64,000 nt of DNA from Tetramitus jugosus. Taxonomy: Eukaryota > Protista > Heterolobosea. The position numbers were made by a program, and so were the translations under genes. Shown piece by piece: positions 31,549-40,536 of the stretch (position 1 is its first letter; each line of letters opens with the position of its first letter). The notes beneath the pieces were generated by a model that did no database searches, had not been told where the DNA came from, and was given only the letters and a program-made list of their open reading frames with translations. The DNA lies in NCBI GenBank assembly GCA_937625935.1, contig OW569355.1, forward strand, positions 523,101 to 587,100. The letters run 5' to 3'.

Positions 31549-34365
31549 TTATTCCTTGTCGAGGAACATGACACTGATGAGACTGTTGATGTAAGAGTCG
31601 ACCATGGATGGATTCTGACTGCTTCCTCCCATGAACTTCCATTTGTATGTCACGTCAATCTTGTCGCCTTCATTAAAGTGCAAGTACTCTCGGTATGGAT
31701 CCACGTACTTGCCATTCACATAAGCATCGATTTGCATCAAGAATTGGAACACTTCACCATTCTTGGCGTCATGCAAACTCTTTCGAATAAACATTTCTCT
31801 CTCATTGGGTGTCATTCCTTCCAGTTCTGATTCACTGTCCTCTTTTTGACCCTTTTCACGCCATCCTGGGTCTTGCTTCATTGGTTCGGCATAAATAACA
31901 ATCACATTGTCTCGAGAGTTGAAGGATTGATCCATGCAAATCTTGATGGCCTTGCAATCCGATCCCACAAAGTGCTCAGACACAATCTTGTTACATATTG
32001 TTTCGAACAGTGCTGTCGTGTATTGGAACATCTTCTCAGCAATATATGTGCCTCCGAATGTGTATCTGTCCATCTCTGCAAGACTAATGAACTCAAATCC
32101 AAAAATGTTCAATGTGTTGTGATAGGCCATAAACATTCCCTGCATCGATCCTATTCTCGCCTGGAATGAATACTTGATGAATGCTGTTCTAATGAGATCG
32201 TAGAACTCTCTTTCGAACGAGTTGATCACTCCATTGATATGCTGTGGTCTCAAATCAGAAACTGACTCATATATCCGTATGTTGTTTCTGACTTCATTGA
32301 TCGCTCTGGTCTTAATATCAAACACAAAAGGATCTGGCAATGGATTCGTTTCTTCTCTCAGTGCACAATCCAACTGAGATCGAATCACAATGCCTCCGTA
32401 CTTCATATAGTTGTACGCTTCACGATCATCTGGCGAGATCGTAGTGTGTTCTGCGAGCACTTGAGTTTGGAATCTCTCTGGTTCCATCACCAACATCTTC
32501 TCCATACTCTTACCCAGGTCGAGTAGAATTTGATTGGCAGGTGCAATGGCATCGATACCATTGTGAGAATCAATACTCCACATGTTTTCGTCCGCTGAGC
32601 TCTTACGAAGAACGACACACTTGCCTCTCATGATACCAGAGGTAAATGCTGATGGTGCACCTCTGAATGATGGCAACAGATCTGCATTGGTCGGTCTATA
32701 ACGACTCAATACATTGTACAGCATTGTCAATGGACCTGAGAGTGAACTTGTACTGGCCTTGAACGTGCATCCCTCCTTCTTGGCAATGCCATTCAAATCT
32801 TCATCTCTGGAAGTGGTCACAAATGGTGCCAAATTGGAGAAGTTGACCTCATTTGGCTGATGAATCTTCTCCAGGAATGGAGCAAAATGATACACCTTCT
32901 CATACTTGTTATAATAAGAATCAATGTTCAACAGGGAGTGCAATCCAGGTTCAAACACCACTTGTTCCAAATTGTGAGCCAATACTTCGACTGGTGGTTG
33001 CTTTGTAATCGATTCTACCTTTGTAGGGTTTTCCTTGGGCAACACCAATTGAATCTCCGGTTCACGAACCAACTCATTCTTGTGAATATCGACACGAATC
33101 TTCTTATAGGAGTAATCTTTGAGACCGTGGAACAAATCATCTGGGTCGTACTCTGCCAAACTCGATCGATACTCTACAGGTTCACTCACATCATAAATAA
33201 TACCCATATTCTTCAGATTGACTTGTTCTTCAATGATTGCATGCTGCACTTTTCGATTGTAAATCATTTGCTTGGTCGATAGCATGACTGGTCTCTTTCC
33301 TGCTCTTCTTCGATCGGATGGATGTTGTCTGTCTGCTGAAAAAGCAGATGCTTGTGATGCAGCAGCAGCAGCACCACCACCACCTGATGACTCTACATCA
33401 TCAAACACTCCAGAGATGAAATTAACAGTGGACGAAGAAGAACTCGTCTTGTTGTTATTGTTCACTGACGATGATGCATTGTTGATGCTTGAGCTAGAGC
33501 TACTATTGTGATGATGAGAATCAAATTCAGTGCTTCTCTTCCTGTTTTGTTGAGAATTGGAACTCGTTGAAAAAACAGGAAAAGCAGTTGAAAAAGCAGA
33601 TGCCAAGTCATTGTTCATGTTTTCAGTCAATGGTGCAGCACTACCTTCAGAGCCTACTAGGTGATTCACAGCAGTGGTAGTAGTAGCATCAGTGGTGGTA
33701 GTAGCAACTGGTTGTTGGTCTTCCTTGTAATAATCACTGGATATTGTTTCGAGTAAACGAGCAGAAATGTCAATTCGAGGTGTTTCCTTGCCTCGAGCAA
33801 TGTTATTGTTGTTGCTATATGATGATGATGATCCAATTTGCTGTTGTTGTTGTTGTTGTTGATCCTTTTGTGGATGATGATGGTGGTGATGATGATGATG
33901 GTGATGATAAAAGTGATGACGACGAGCAGCATTCTGAGAACGACGATTCTTCTTTTGATGATTCAATGATGATGATGATGATTTGCGGTCCTTTGAATCT
34001 TGTTGCTGTTGTTGTTCATTGTTTGATGCTTGTTGTTGTTTTTCTTGTTGTGATTTCTTCTGTTGTTGTTGTTGATTAGTTGTTGTTGTTGTTGAGGATG
34101 AAGAAGGTTGCTTGTGTTTATGATGCTGATGCTGATGGTTCTTGGAATGAGAATGTGGTGGGGATGCTTTTTGTTGAGTTGCTTGAGTCGTTTCATCAGA
34201 GAAGAGTGAAATGGATGTGTGATAAGAGCCGTACTGATAATGATGATGATGACTCAGTGGTGGTGCAAGGCGATTGATGCTGTTGATGCTTGGGATGCAA
34301 TACAAATTTCTGGCCAAGGTATTACCACCGGTGGATAGGAATTTGCGTCTTGATGCTTGCAACAT
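31549..34365 (-). CDS. PET127: Pet127 mitochondrial 5'-3' exoribonuclease
   Basis: LAHNLEQVVFEPG, STSSLSG, RSQLDC, FDIKTRA, SFEREFYDLIR..KYSFQARIG..AYHN; presequence-like N-terminus. Confidence 0.9.
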   Translation of the reverse strand: MLQASRRKFLSTGGNTLARNLYCIPSINSINRLAPPLSHHHHYQYGSYHTSISLFSDETTQATQQKASPPHSHSKNHQHQHHKHKQPSSSSTTTTTNQQQQQKKSQQEKQQQASNNEQQQQQDSKDRKSSSSSLNHQKKNRRSQNAARRHHFYHHHHHHHHHHHPQKDQQQQQQQQIGSSSSYSNNNNIARGKETPRIDISARLLETISSDYYKEDQQPVATTTTDATTTTAVNHLVGSEGSAAPLTENMNNDLASAFSTAFPVFSTSSNSQQNRKRSTEFDSHHHNSSSSSSINNASSSVNNNNKTSSSSSTVNFISGVFDDVESSGGGGAAAAASQASAFSADRQHPSDRRRAGKRPVMLSTKQMIYNRKVQHAIIEEQVNLKNMGIIYDVSEPVEYRSSLAEYDPDDLFHGLKDYSYKKIRVDIHKNELVREPEIQLVLPKENPTKVESITKQPPVEVLAHNLEQVVFEPGLHSLLNIDSYYNKYEKVYHFAPFLEKIHQPNEVNFSNLAPFVTTSRDEDLNGIAKKEGCTFKASTSSLSGPLTMLYNVLSRYRPTNADLLPSFRGAPSAFTSGIMRGKCVVLRKSSADENMWSIDSHNGIDAIAPANQILLDLGKSMEKMLVMEPERFQTQVLAEHTTISPDDREAYNYMKYGGIVIRSQLDCALREETNPLPDPFVFDIKTRAINEVRNNIRIYESVSDLRPQHINGVINSFEREFYDLIRTAFIKYSFQARIGSMQGMFMAYHNTLNIFGFEFISLAEMDRYTFGGTYIAEKMFQYTTALFETICNKIVSEHFVGSDCKAIKICMDQSFNSRDNVIVIYAEPMKQDPGWREKGQKEDSESELEGMTPNEREMFIRKSLHDAKNGEVFQFLMQIDAYVNGKYVDPYREYLHFNEGDKIDVTYKWKFMGGSSQNPSMVDSYINSLISVMFLDKE

Positions 34366-34477
34366 GTTGAGTCAGATGTGATTGATTGGGGTGTGACTTC
34401 AAGTTTTTGTTTGTGTGGAAAAGCTTCTTTTGAGGATGTGAAAAATTGAAAAAATTGTTCAATGAATGGCGCGAAAG

Positions 34478-35467
34478 TTATCCGCAATTATCCGACTGGA
34501 AATGCTGGAACTGGTGGAGAAGAATGGCAGCAACTTGACTCACGTTCATGGAGTCGTAAGAATGGGCCATTGGGATATGAATGTAGGAGATATTGGGCAA
34601 GAGAGAGGAGAATTCGCGCTCATCGCCTGAGTGCTCATGATTGAGCATGACACAGAGGTGTTTCTGTCTCTGCAGGTCATCCAATGGTTCACGATCTGAG
34701 CTCGCTGGATGAAGGCGATAAACTGGATGTTTTTCAATCGATTTTTGTGTCTCGCAGGTCGATATGAGACAGGATATCTCTGGTGCATAGTTCATCCACT
34801 TGACAAACGACTCTTGCGAGCACGTGATCAATGGAAGAGAAAATATGGTCGTTCTGGAGCTCTTGATCACCTTTTCATTGAATGGAGATATCGATCCATC
34901 GAGAATGACCATTGAATCATAGCCCAGGCTATAAGAACTTCGCATAATGGTTCCCAAATTACCTGGATCCTCCAATTTGTTGATCACAACAGTTCGTTGG
35001 CATGACCGTAACTTTTGAAAGGCCAATGTTTCATCAATTGCATCACTGTAGAACAACGAGCGGTGATTCTTTTCGTTGCTACTGTTGGATTGCATTCGAT
35101 TGAGATGAGGATAAGAAAACGTTGCACATATTCCATTGGTAGACTGCACATTGCACACACTCCGTATGATCGAATCATTGGTCACAACGACCACCAAGTC
35201 ATCGTGACTCTTTGGTGACTCCGTCATCACTAGTCGGCTCAAGTTCTCATTCGAGTGCAAGAGTTGTTCATTGGACACCAATAGGCAATTCGGTTTTATT
35301 CGATGTAATTGCAAGCATTCATCCACCATTTTCTCACCATGAATCAGAATGTTGACATCATGCCACTGTTGTTTCTTGACTGACAATGGAAGATGTTCTC
35401 TTTGTTTGATCAACCGTTTCACCAATGGATTCTGTGCACTTGTGATACGTTGAATGACATGTTGCAT
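34478..35467 (-). CDS. SpoU/TrmH-family RNA 2'-O-methyltransferase (MRM3-like)
   Basis: ITSAQNPLVK, DPGNLGTIMRS, IPM..DSMNVSQVAAILL. Confidence 0.85.
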   Translation of the reverse strand: MQHVIQRITSAQNPLVKRLIKQREHLPLSVKKQQWHDVNILIHGEKMVDECLQLHRIKPNCLLVSNEQLLHSNENLSRLVMTESPKSHDDLVVVVTNDSIIRSVCNVQSTNGICATFSYPHLNRMQSNSSNEKNHRSLFYSDAIDETLAFQKLRSCQRTVVINKLEDPGNLGTIMRSSYSLGYDSMVILDGSISPFNEKVIKSSRTTIFSLPLITCSQESFVKWMNYAPEISCLISTCETQKSIEKHPVYRLHPASSDREPLDDLQRQKHLCVMLNHEHSGDEREFSSLLPNISYIHIPMAHSYDSMNVSQVAAILLHQFQHFQSDNCG

Positions 35468-35542
35468 TTCTGTTTCTCTTTTGGTTGTTGTTTGATTGTT
35501 TTTTCAGTGGTTCTTTTGGTTCTTGTCAAGGAGAATTGTTAC

Positions 35543-36186
35543 CTACCAACCAAGACATGCCAAACAACTGATCCTTCCTCTCCGTAATGTTCCTGCACCC
35601 TCCCTTAGTCTTTCTGATTCTTCTCTATAGTTCTCCCTGTCAGCGCTCTTTAGCAGTTTTTCAACATTCTCTACGGTTGCTTCCTTTATTCCGTCCATCT
35701 TTACCTGGAGTTCAACCAGCTTCGAATTGTTTTCATCGTTGTACCATTTCTAAGTTTTCAGATGAAATGATACTCGAGTTAATATTATCAGGAACTAGAA
35801 ATGCTGGACAAGTCGTCAAAATGTTGTAATAGCTAGAAGGTACTCACCATCTTTTGAATCAAAATCTTCTTAGTGTTGGATCCGTTGGCTGCAATGTTCA
35901 TTCGTGTAACCTCTCTATCTACTTCGTTTAAACATGCCCAAACAATCTTTCTGTTGAACCCATAGTCAGTAACAGCAAAGTATGTCTTGTTGTCATGGTT
36001 CTTGTAGTGGAATTCATAAGGCTTCTGCTTCAGAGTCTTTCTTTCACCATTGTTCTTTAAAATCTTTGGATAAATAATATTTACAATCACTTCTCTCACA
36101 TTTCCACCCTTGCCTTCACTGTACTCGGCCAAGAGTCGACCACTGTCCATAACAGCTAAGAACAATATCTGATACTCTGCGCTCAT
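35543..36186 (-). CDS. Divergent longin/VAMP7-like protein lacking a TM; intron 35750-35847
   Basis: Longin fold parallel to the 22564 gene; GTGAGT..TAG intron gives KWYNDENNSKLVELQVKMDGIKEATVENVEKLL...CLACLGW*. Confidence 0.7.
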
Positions 36187-36383
36187 TGACGTCTTGTATG
36201 TATGGGGTATGAGTACTATTTCTGTTGATTACTTCTTTCAAGAAATGAAAACTTGGAGATATTCTTATTTGAGATTCCATAGTAGAACCATTTCGCGCTT
36301 CTGGGAGGACTGTAAATGGCAGACACAAACGTCGGGTCGGAAGCATTTAACACTCCGCTCAAAGAAAAAACGAGCAGAAGAAA

Positions 36384-37064
36384 ATGATATCACGAGCGGA
36401 GACCAATGACTTGGTGTTTGATGCAGTGTTTCAAGCCGTACCACAAGCCAACAATGAACAATTGCACCAATTTTGTCTCAAAAAATTTCATTCCTCTGGT
36501 TCCAAAGGATGCATCTACCTTTCATACGAGAATATGAATCAAATGCTTCACACGGATCAGCATCGCATGTCATGGAAGCCTCTATCTGCTGTGGAGGAAC
36601 TTGAAGGCCTACAGTCTACTACTACTACTTATGCAACTCAACTGATGAGTGATCTGAGGAGTTATGAGCCAGAAGATTGTTATATTTTGTTGGTGAGTTG
36701 TCCAGTGCCAACAACAAGTGCAGCAGCCAATAACAGCAATACGACTCCTGCTAACAATAATAATACTGATAAAGATCAACAAGCAAGTTCCGAAGCAGAA
36801 CAAACCACTCTCGTGTTCAAGCACAAGATTATCGATGGAAAGAGTGCAATGCAAGTGCCGCCACCAGTGATACGAGAACAGATTCTTCAAATTCCAATTT
36901 GCTACAATTGCCGTCAACCCAAGGACAAGTTGTATCGATGTGGTGCATGTGCCGGTGTTCTTTATTGCTCCAAGGAATGTTCAAAGGCTCACTGGGCTGA
37001 ACATAAGCCAACCTGTTTGGAACTGCGGAAGCAGAAGGCACCACAGAATCAAGCTCAAAAGTAA
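36384..37064 (+). CDS. MYND zinc-finger protein
   Basis: CYNC..RCGAC..YCSKECSKAHWAEHKPTC. Confidence 0.88.
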   Translation: MISRAETNDLVFDAVFQAVPQANNEQLHQFCLKKFHSSGSKGCIYLSYENMNQMLHTDQHRMSWKPLSAVEELEGLQSTTTTYATQLMSDLRSYEPEDCYILLVSCPVPTTSAAANNSNTTPANNNNTDKDQQASSEAEQTTLVFKHKIIDGKSAMQVPPPVIREQILQIPICYNCRQPKDKLYRCGACAGVLYCSKECSKAHWAEHKPTCLELRKQKAPQNQAQK

Positions 37065-37112
37065 AAAGACATAATCTATTGTGCTCTTTCTATTGCTTGT
37101 TGTGCACTGATT

Positions 37113-37955
37113 TTAGGTATTCTTTGATGAACTCTTTCGCCTCTGTCTATCAATTTCGTGTTCATACATGACATTGAGTTGACTGTTCATCGTGTTCAGT
37201 TGGTCGATCCGTTCTTGCTTCTCTTTCAGGAGTTGCTTCAATTGATCATTCTCTCTTTCCAAGTCATATATTTCTCTCATTCGTAGATCTAAAACACCTT
37301 CCAGTCCATTGATTGTTCGTTGTTGAGTTCTCATCTGCGCAGAGTCTGCCTGGGTGCAGTTGATGACGTACTCGAGAAATCGTAGTAGATGATTGTGTAG
37401 TTTATCAATTTGAACCGAAACTAACTCCTCTCCCTTCTGTCTTTCTTCCATGTTGTGAATATGTCGCACGAGTTGAGAGACTCGATGAGACATTTCTTGA
37501 ATTCGATCCCGCAAGTGTTGTCTCTCATACAACAATTCAGTATGTTGCTCTTTTGCTTCCAGCACACCAACATAGAGCTCATTATTCTTCTTGTTCATTC
37601 TTATCATATCCTTTTGATGAGTTGTTGCTTGATTAATCTTATCATTGAGGCAATCTTCAATCATGCGCTCCATTTTCATTCTCAGGCGCAGGTTCCTTTG
37701 CTCTCGCTGACCTGAGTCCCTCGTTACTTCGTCTATTCTTGTTCTCAGCTCTTCAGACTCTCGATATTGTTGATCCATGTAATTCATTTCTCTTTGTAGG
37801 TCTATATTGTTGCGATTATCTCGTGGTTGATCTTGAGGAAACAAAGATGTCATGCGAGATATCATGTCACTCAATTCATCCTCCTTTTGTCGAAAACTGA
37901 CTTGAGAGGAACGATAGAGCTGATCCAAGCTACTCCTGTATGTTTGATTGTTCAT
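37113..37955 (-). CDS. Coiled-coil hypothetical protein
   Basis: 280-aa heptad-rich ORF. Confidence 0.7.
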   Translation of the reverse strand: MNNQTYRSSLDQLYRSSQVSFRQKEDELSDMISRMTSLFPQDQPRDNRNNIDLQREMNYMDQQYRESEELRTRIDEVTRDSGQREQRNLRLRMKMERMIEDCLNDKINQATTHQKDMIRMNKKNNELYVGVLEAKEQHTELLYERQHLRDRIQEMSHRVSQLVRHIHNMEERQKGEELVSVQIDKLHNHLLRFLEYVINCTQADSAQMRTQQRTINGLEGVLDLRMREIYDLERENDQLKQLLKEKQERIDQLNTMNSQLNVMYEHEIDRQRRKSSSKNT

Positions 37956-37974
37956 TGATAGGGTTTAGAGCTTT

Positions 37975-40140
37975 TTATTTCTTGTTGTGAGTCTTCTTGT
38001 TGTTGTTGTTTGTCTTCGTGGCATTGGACTTTTTGTTGTTGTTGCCGTTAGTTTGTTGCTTACCCTTGGTGTTATCGTTCTTCTTGTTGTTGGCACCGTT
38101 CTTCTTTTGCTCAGTCTTCTTGTTCTGATTCTTGGTGAGCGAGTCAACAGTCAAACCGTTACGCTTGCTGAACACACTGACCAAGAACTTTAGAGGTGGT
38201 TCACTCTTTTGCTCGAATGCCTTCTTGATTTGATCGAAATGTTTCTTCAATTCACTGTTCAATTCCTCGCCCAGTTTCTTGTCACCTCCGTCATCACCTG
38301 CAGTCAGGATAGCCGTCACGACGAAACCACCCTTCTTTTCAACAATGAATGACACTAGCTTGTTGTCTTGCACGAGTTTGTCGAACAACATGCGAGCAAA
38401 TGATGGATATTCGTCAGTAACTTGCTCTGCCTTCTGACTACGAACCAACAGAGATAGAACCTTACTGGCAATCGATGCACTGTCCTTCTCCTTGATCAGA
38501 TTGAAGATGTCACCGGTCACAGCATTTATAATCTTCTCGAACAATTTCTTCTTGTTAGGGAACACTGGATTCGTCACAGCCTCATAAGCGACATGTTGTG
38601 CAGTATCTGTACCAAACAGAGTAATGTTGTTCAACAAGGTTTCTGATACATGTGGAGCCATATATGCAGCCAATTCCTTGAAGATGACTTCTGTTGTCTT
38701 CATACTGACAACTCTCTTTCCTTCGTTGTTTGTTCTTGGCAAAATTTCGTCTCTCAACACTGGATTCAACAACTGCAAATCACCATTCTCATTGCATGTC
38801 TTGTGGCCAGCGTTGAACAAGTACAAAATGACTTTTTGTCCGTGCTTGTCACTCAAAAACTCTAGCATGTTCTTCTCAATGTCTCTCAACAAATTCTTTG
38901 ACTTCTTGGTATCATCAGTCACTGACAATAGGTAACGAAGGAAGATGGAGCCATAGAAAACCTTGGCAGTCTTGAGCACAATGGAATCTTCATCACCCTC
39001 TGTCGTGTTTTGACAGAAAGACTTAATGATACGTTTTCTGTCTCTTGCGGCACCATAGGCAGTACACAGAATAGCAATTCTGCAACCAAACAAGGTATGG
39101 AAGATAAATGGAATAGCATCCTTTTCACACAAGTCATAAATGACGTTTTGAATTTGACCTGGTTCTCCATTCTCAAAAAAGTCCAAAATCAATTTTTGAG
39201 CCAATTCCAAATCAAAGAGACCCTTTTCGACAATCTTTGTGACGACAGCACTCAACGATTGAACAACAGGTTGTCTCTTTCCAGGATACTCGGCCAACTT
39301 TTCCTTCAAAGAAACAGTGGAGAGATCAGTGTTTTGAATCTGTGAGACATCACTCAACCAGAAATCACTTCCATAAAACTCTTGTAAATACAAGACTCTC
39401 TCAGCAGGAGTCCAAATGGTTCTAAACGCATGATCAATCACAGTAGCAGGGAACTTTTGTTTCATCATACTTTTCATTTGACCCTTGAAGAGCTCAATGA
39501 AAAACTCCTTTCTCAGGTCAGACATTTTTGTTTTTCCAGAGGATTCATCTGAAAATCGACTCTTATCCAAAACATAGGTCAACAATTTCATGACGATATT
39601 GTGTCCAAACTTTTCCTTTGCCAATGACCTTAGATTTGGTTTCAATGCGCGAAACACTTCCAAAACTTGTTCATCAGTTCCGAGCTTGAGCACTGTTTGT
39701 ACGACTCTACTCATATCGTGTTGACATGCAAATCTGTTCCAATCCTCTCTCAAAAACTCAACAATTTGATTCAAAAGACGCAGGCTCTTGTCATCCTTTG
39801 GTCTATCACCTCTCTTTGAGTTTCTAGACACATGTTGCAACAACTCTTCCCACAATCTCTTACAGGAAACAGCCTTATCAATATTAGGATTCTTCAAACG
39901 TTTCTTCTCAATCATTTGATCCTTTTTCTCTCTCTTTGACATTTTTTTTGGAGGTTCGCCATTGGATTCACCATTTTCTGCTTCACCATTTTCATCTTGC
40001 ATCTCCTCATCATTCTCACCATATTCCTCTTCTTCAACGATAGGCGTATCTTCTTCTTCTTCCTCTCTCTTTCTCTTCTTCAACAATTCGTCATTCTTTT
40101 TGTTTTGTTGGTTGTTGTTATTGTTTTGTTGCTTTGCCAT
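37975..40140 (-). CDS. PUF6: Pumilio homolog 3 / Puf6 ribosome biogenesis factor
   Basis: HDMSRVVQTVLKLG, LQEFYG, YGAARDRKRIIKSF, VTDDTK. Confidence 0.88.
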   Translation of the reverse strand: MAKQQNNNNNQQNKKNDELLKKRKREEEEEDTPIVEEEEYGENDEEMQDENGEAENGESNGEPPKKMSKREKKDQMIEKKRLKNPNIDKAVSCKRLWEELLQHVSRNSKRGDRPKDDKSLRLLNQIVEFLREDWNRFACQHDMSRVVQTVLKLGTDEQVLEVFRALKPNLRSLAKEKFGHNIVMKLLTYVLDKSRFSDESSGKTKMSDLRKEFFIELFKGQMKSMMKQKFPATVIDHAFRTIWTPAERVLYLQEFYGSDFWLSDVSQIQNTDLSTVSLKEKLAEYPGKRQPVVQSLSAVVTKIVEKGLFDLELAQKLILDFFENGEPGQIQNVIYDLCEKDAIPFIFHTLFGCRIAILCTAYGAARDRKRIIKSFCQNTTEGDEDSIVLKTAKVFYGSIFLRYLLSVTDDTKKSKNLLRDIEKNMLEFLSDKHGQKVILYLFNAGHKTCNENGDLQLLNPVLRDEILPRTNNEGKRVVSMKTTEVIFKELAAYMAPHVSETLLNNITLFGTDTAQHVAYEAVTNPVFPNKKKLFEKIINAVTGDIFNLIKEKDSASIASKVLSLLVRSQKAEQVTDEYPSFARMLFDKLVQDNKLVSFIVEKKGGFVVTAILTAGDDGGDKKLGEELNSELKKHFDQIKKAFEQKSEPPLKFLVSVFSKRNGLTVDSLTKNQNKKTEQKKNGANNKKNDNTKGKQQTNGNNNKKSNATKTNNNNKKTHNKK

Positions 40141-40536
40141 GGTGTGGTGGATTGTGTGTGTGTGTTCGTGTTTGTGTGGAGAAAAGTGGTTGTTGTTTGG
40201 TCTGAACAATCTTGTGAGGATGCTGAAAAATTTCACGACACAGTGTGAAATTCCTAATATTTGTTGAATGTTCCTGGATCTGGTTGAATCGGTGTTTTTA
40301 AACCCGTTCCATTTTTTAACTTTGGGATGACATCCACCGTTGAAACTACACTTGAAATAAATGATGTCAGATAGTGACATCAATAAGCTCTTAACTTAAG
40401 TCTTCGAATACTTGAAGTCCCTCACTTCTAGAATGCTCTCTCTGTCTCTTGTTTCCATTGTCGCTCGTTCGCTTATTTTCTGGAAATCCAACAATCCGAG
40501 GAACAACAATTACCAGATAAATCAACAACACAAAAA

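Noticed and set aside
35833-35847. 15-nt micro-intron GTGAGTACCTTCTAG
   Set aside because: The acceptor at 35750 gives a normal 98-nt intron and restores VAMP7-like alignment
40141-40383. N-terminal extension of the PUF6 ORF
   Set aside because: AC-rich UTR-like sequence; ATG at 40140 has the typical context
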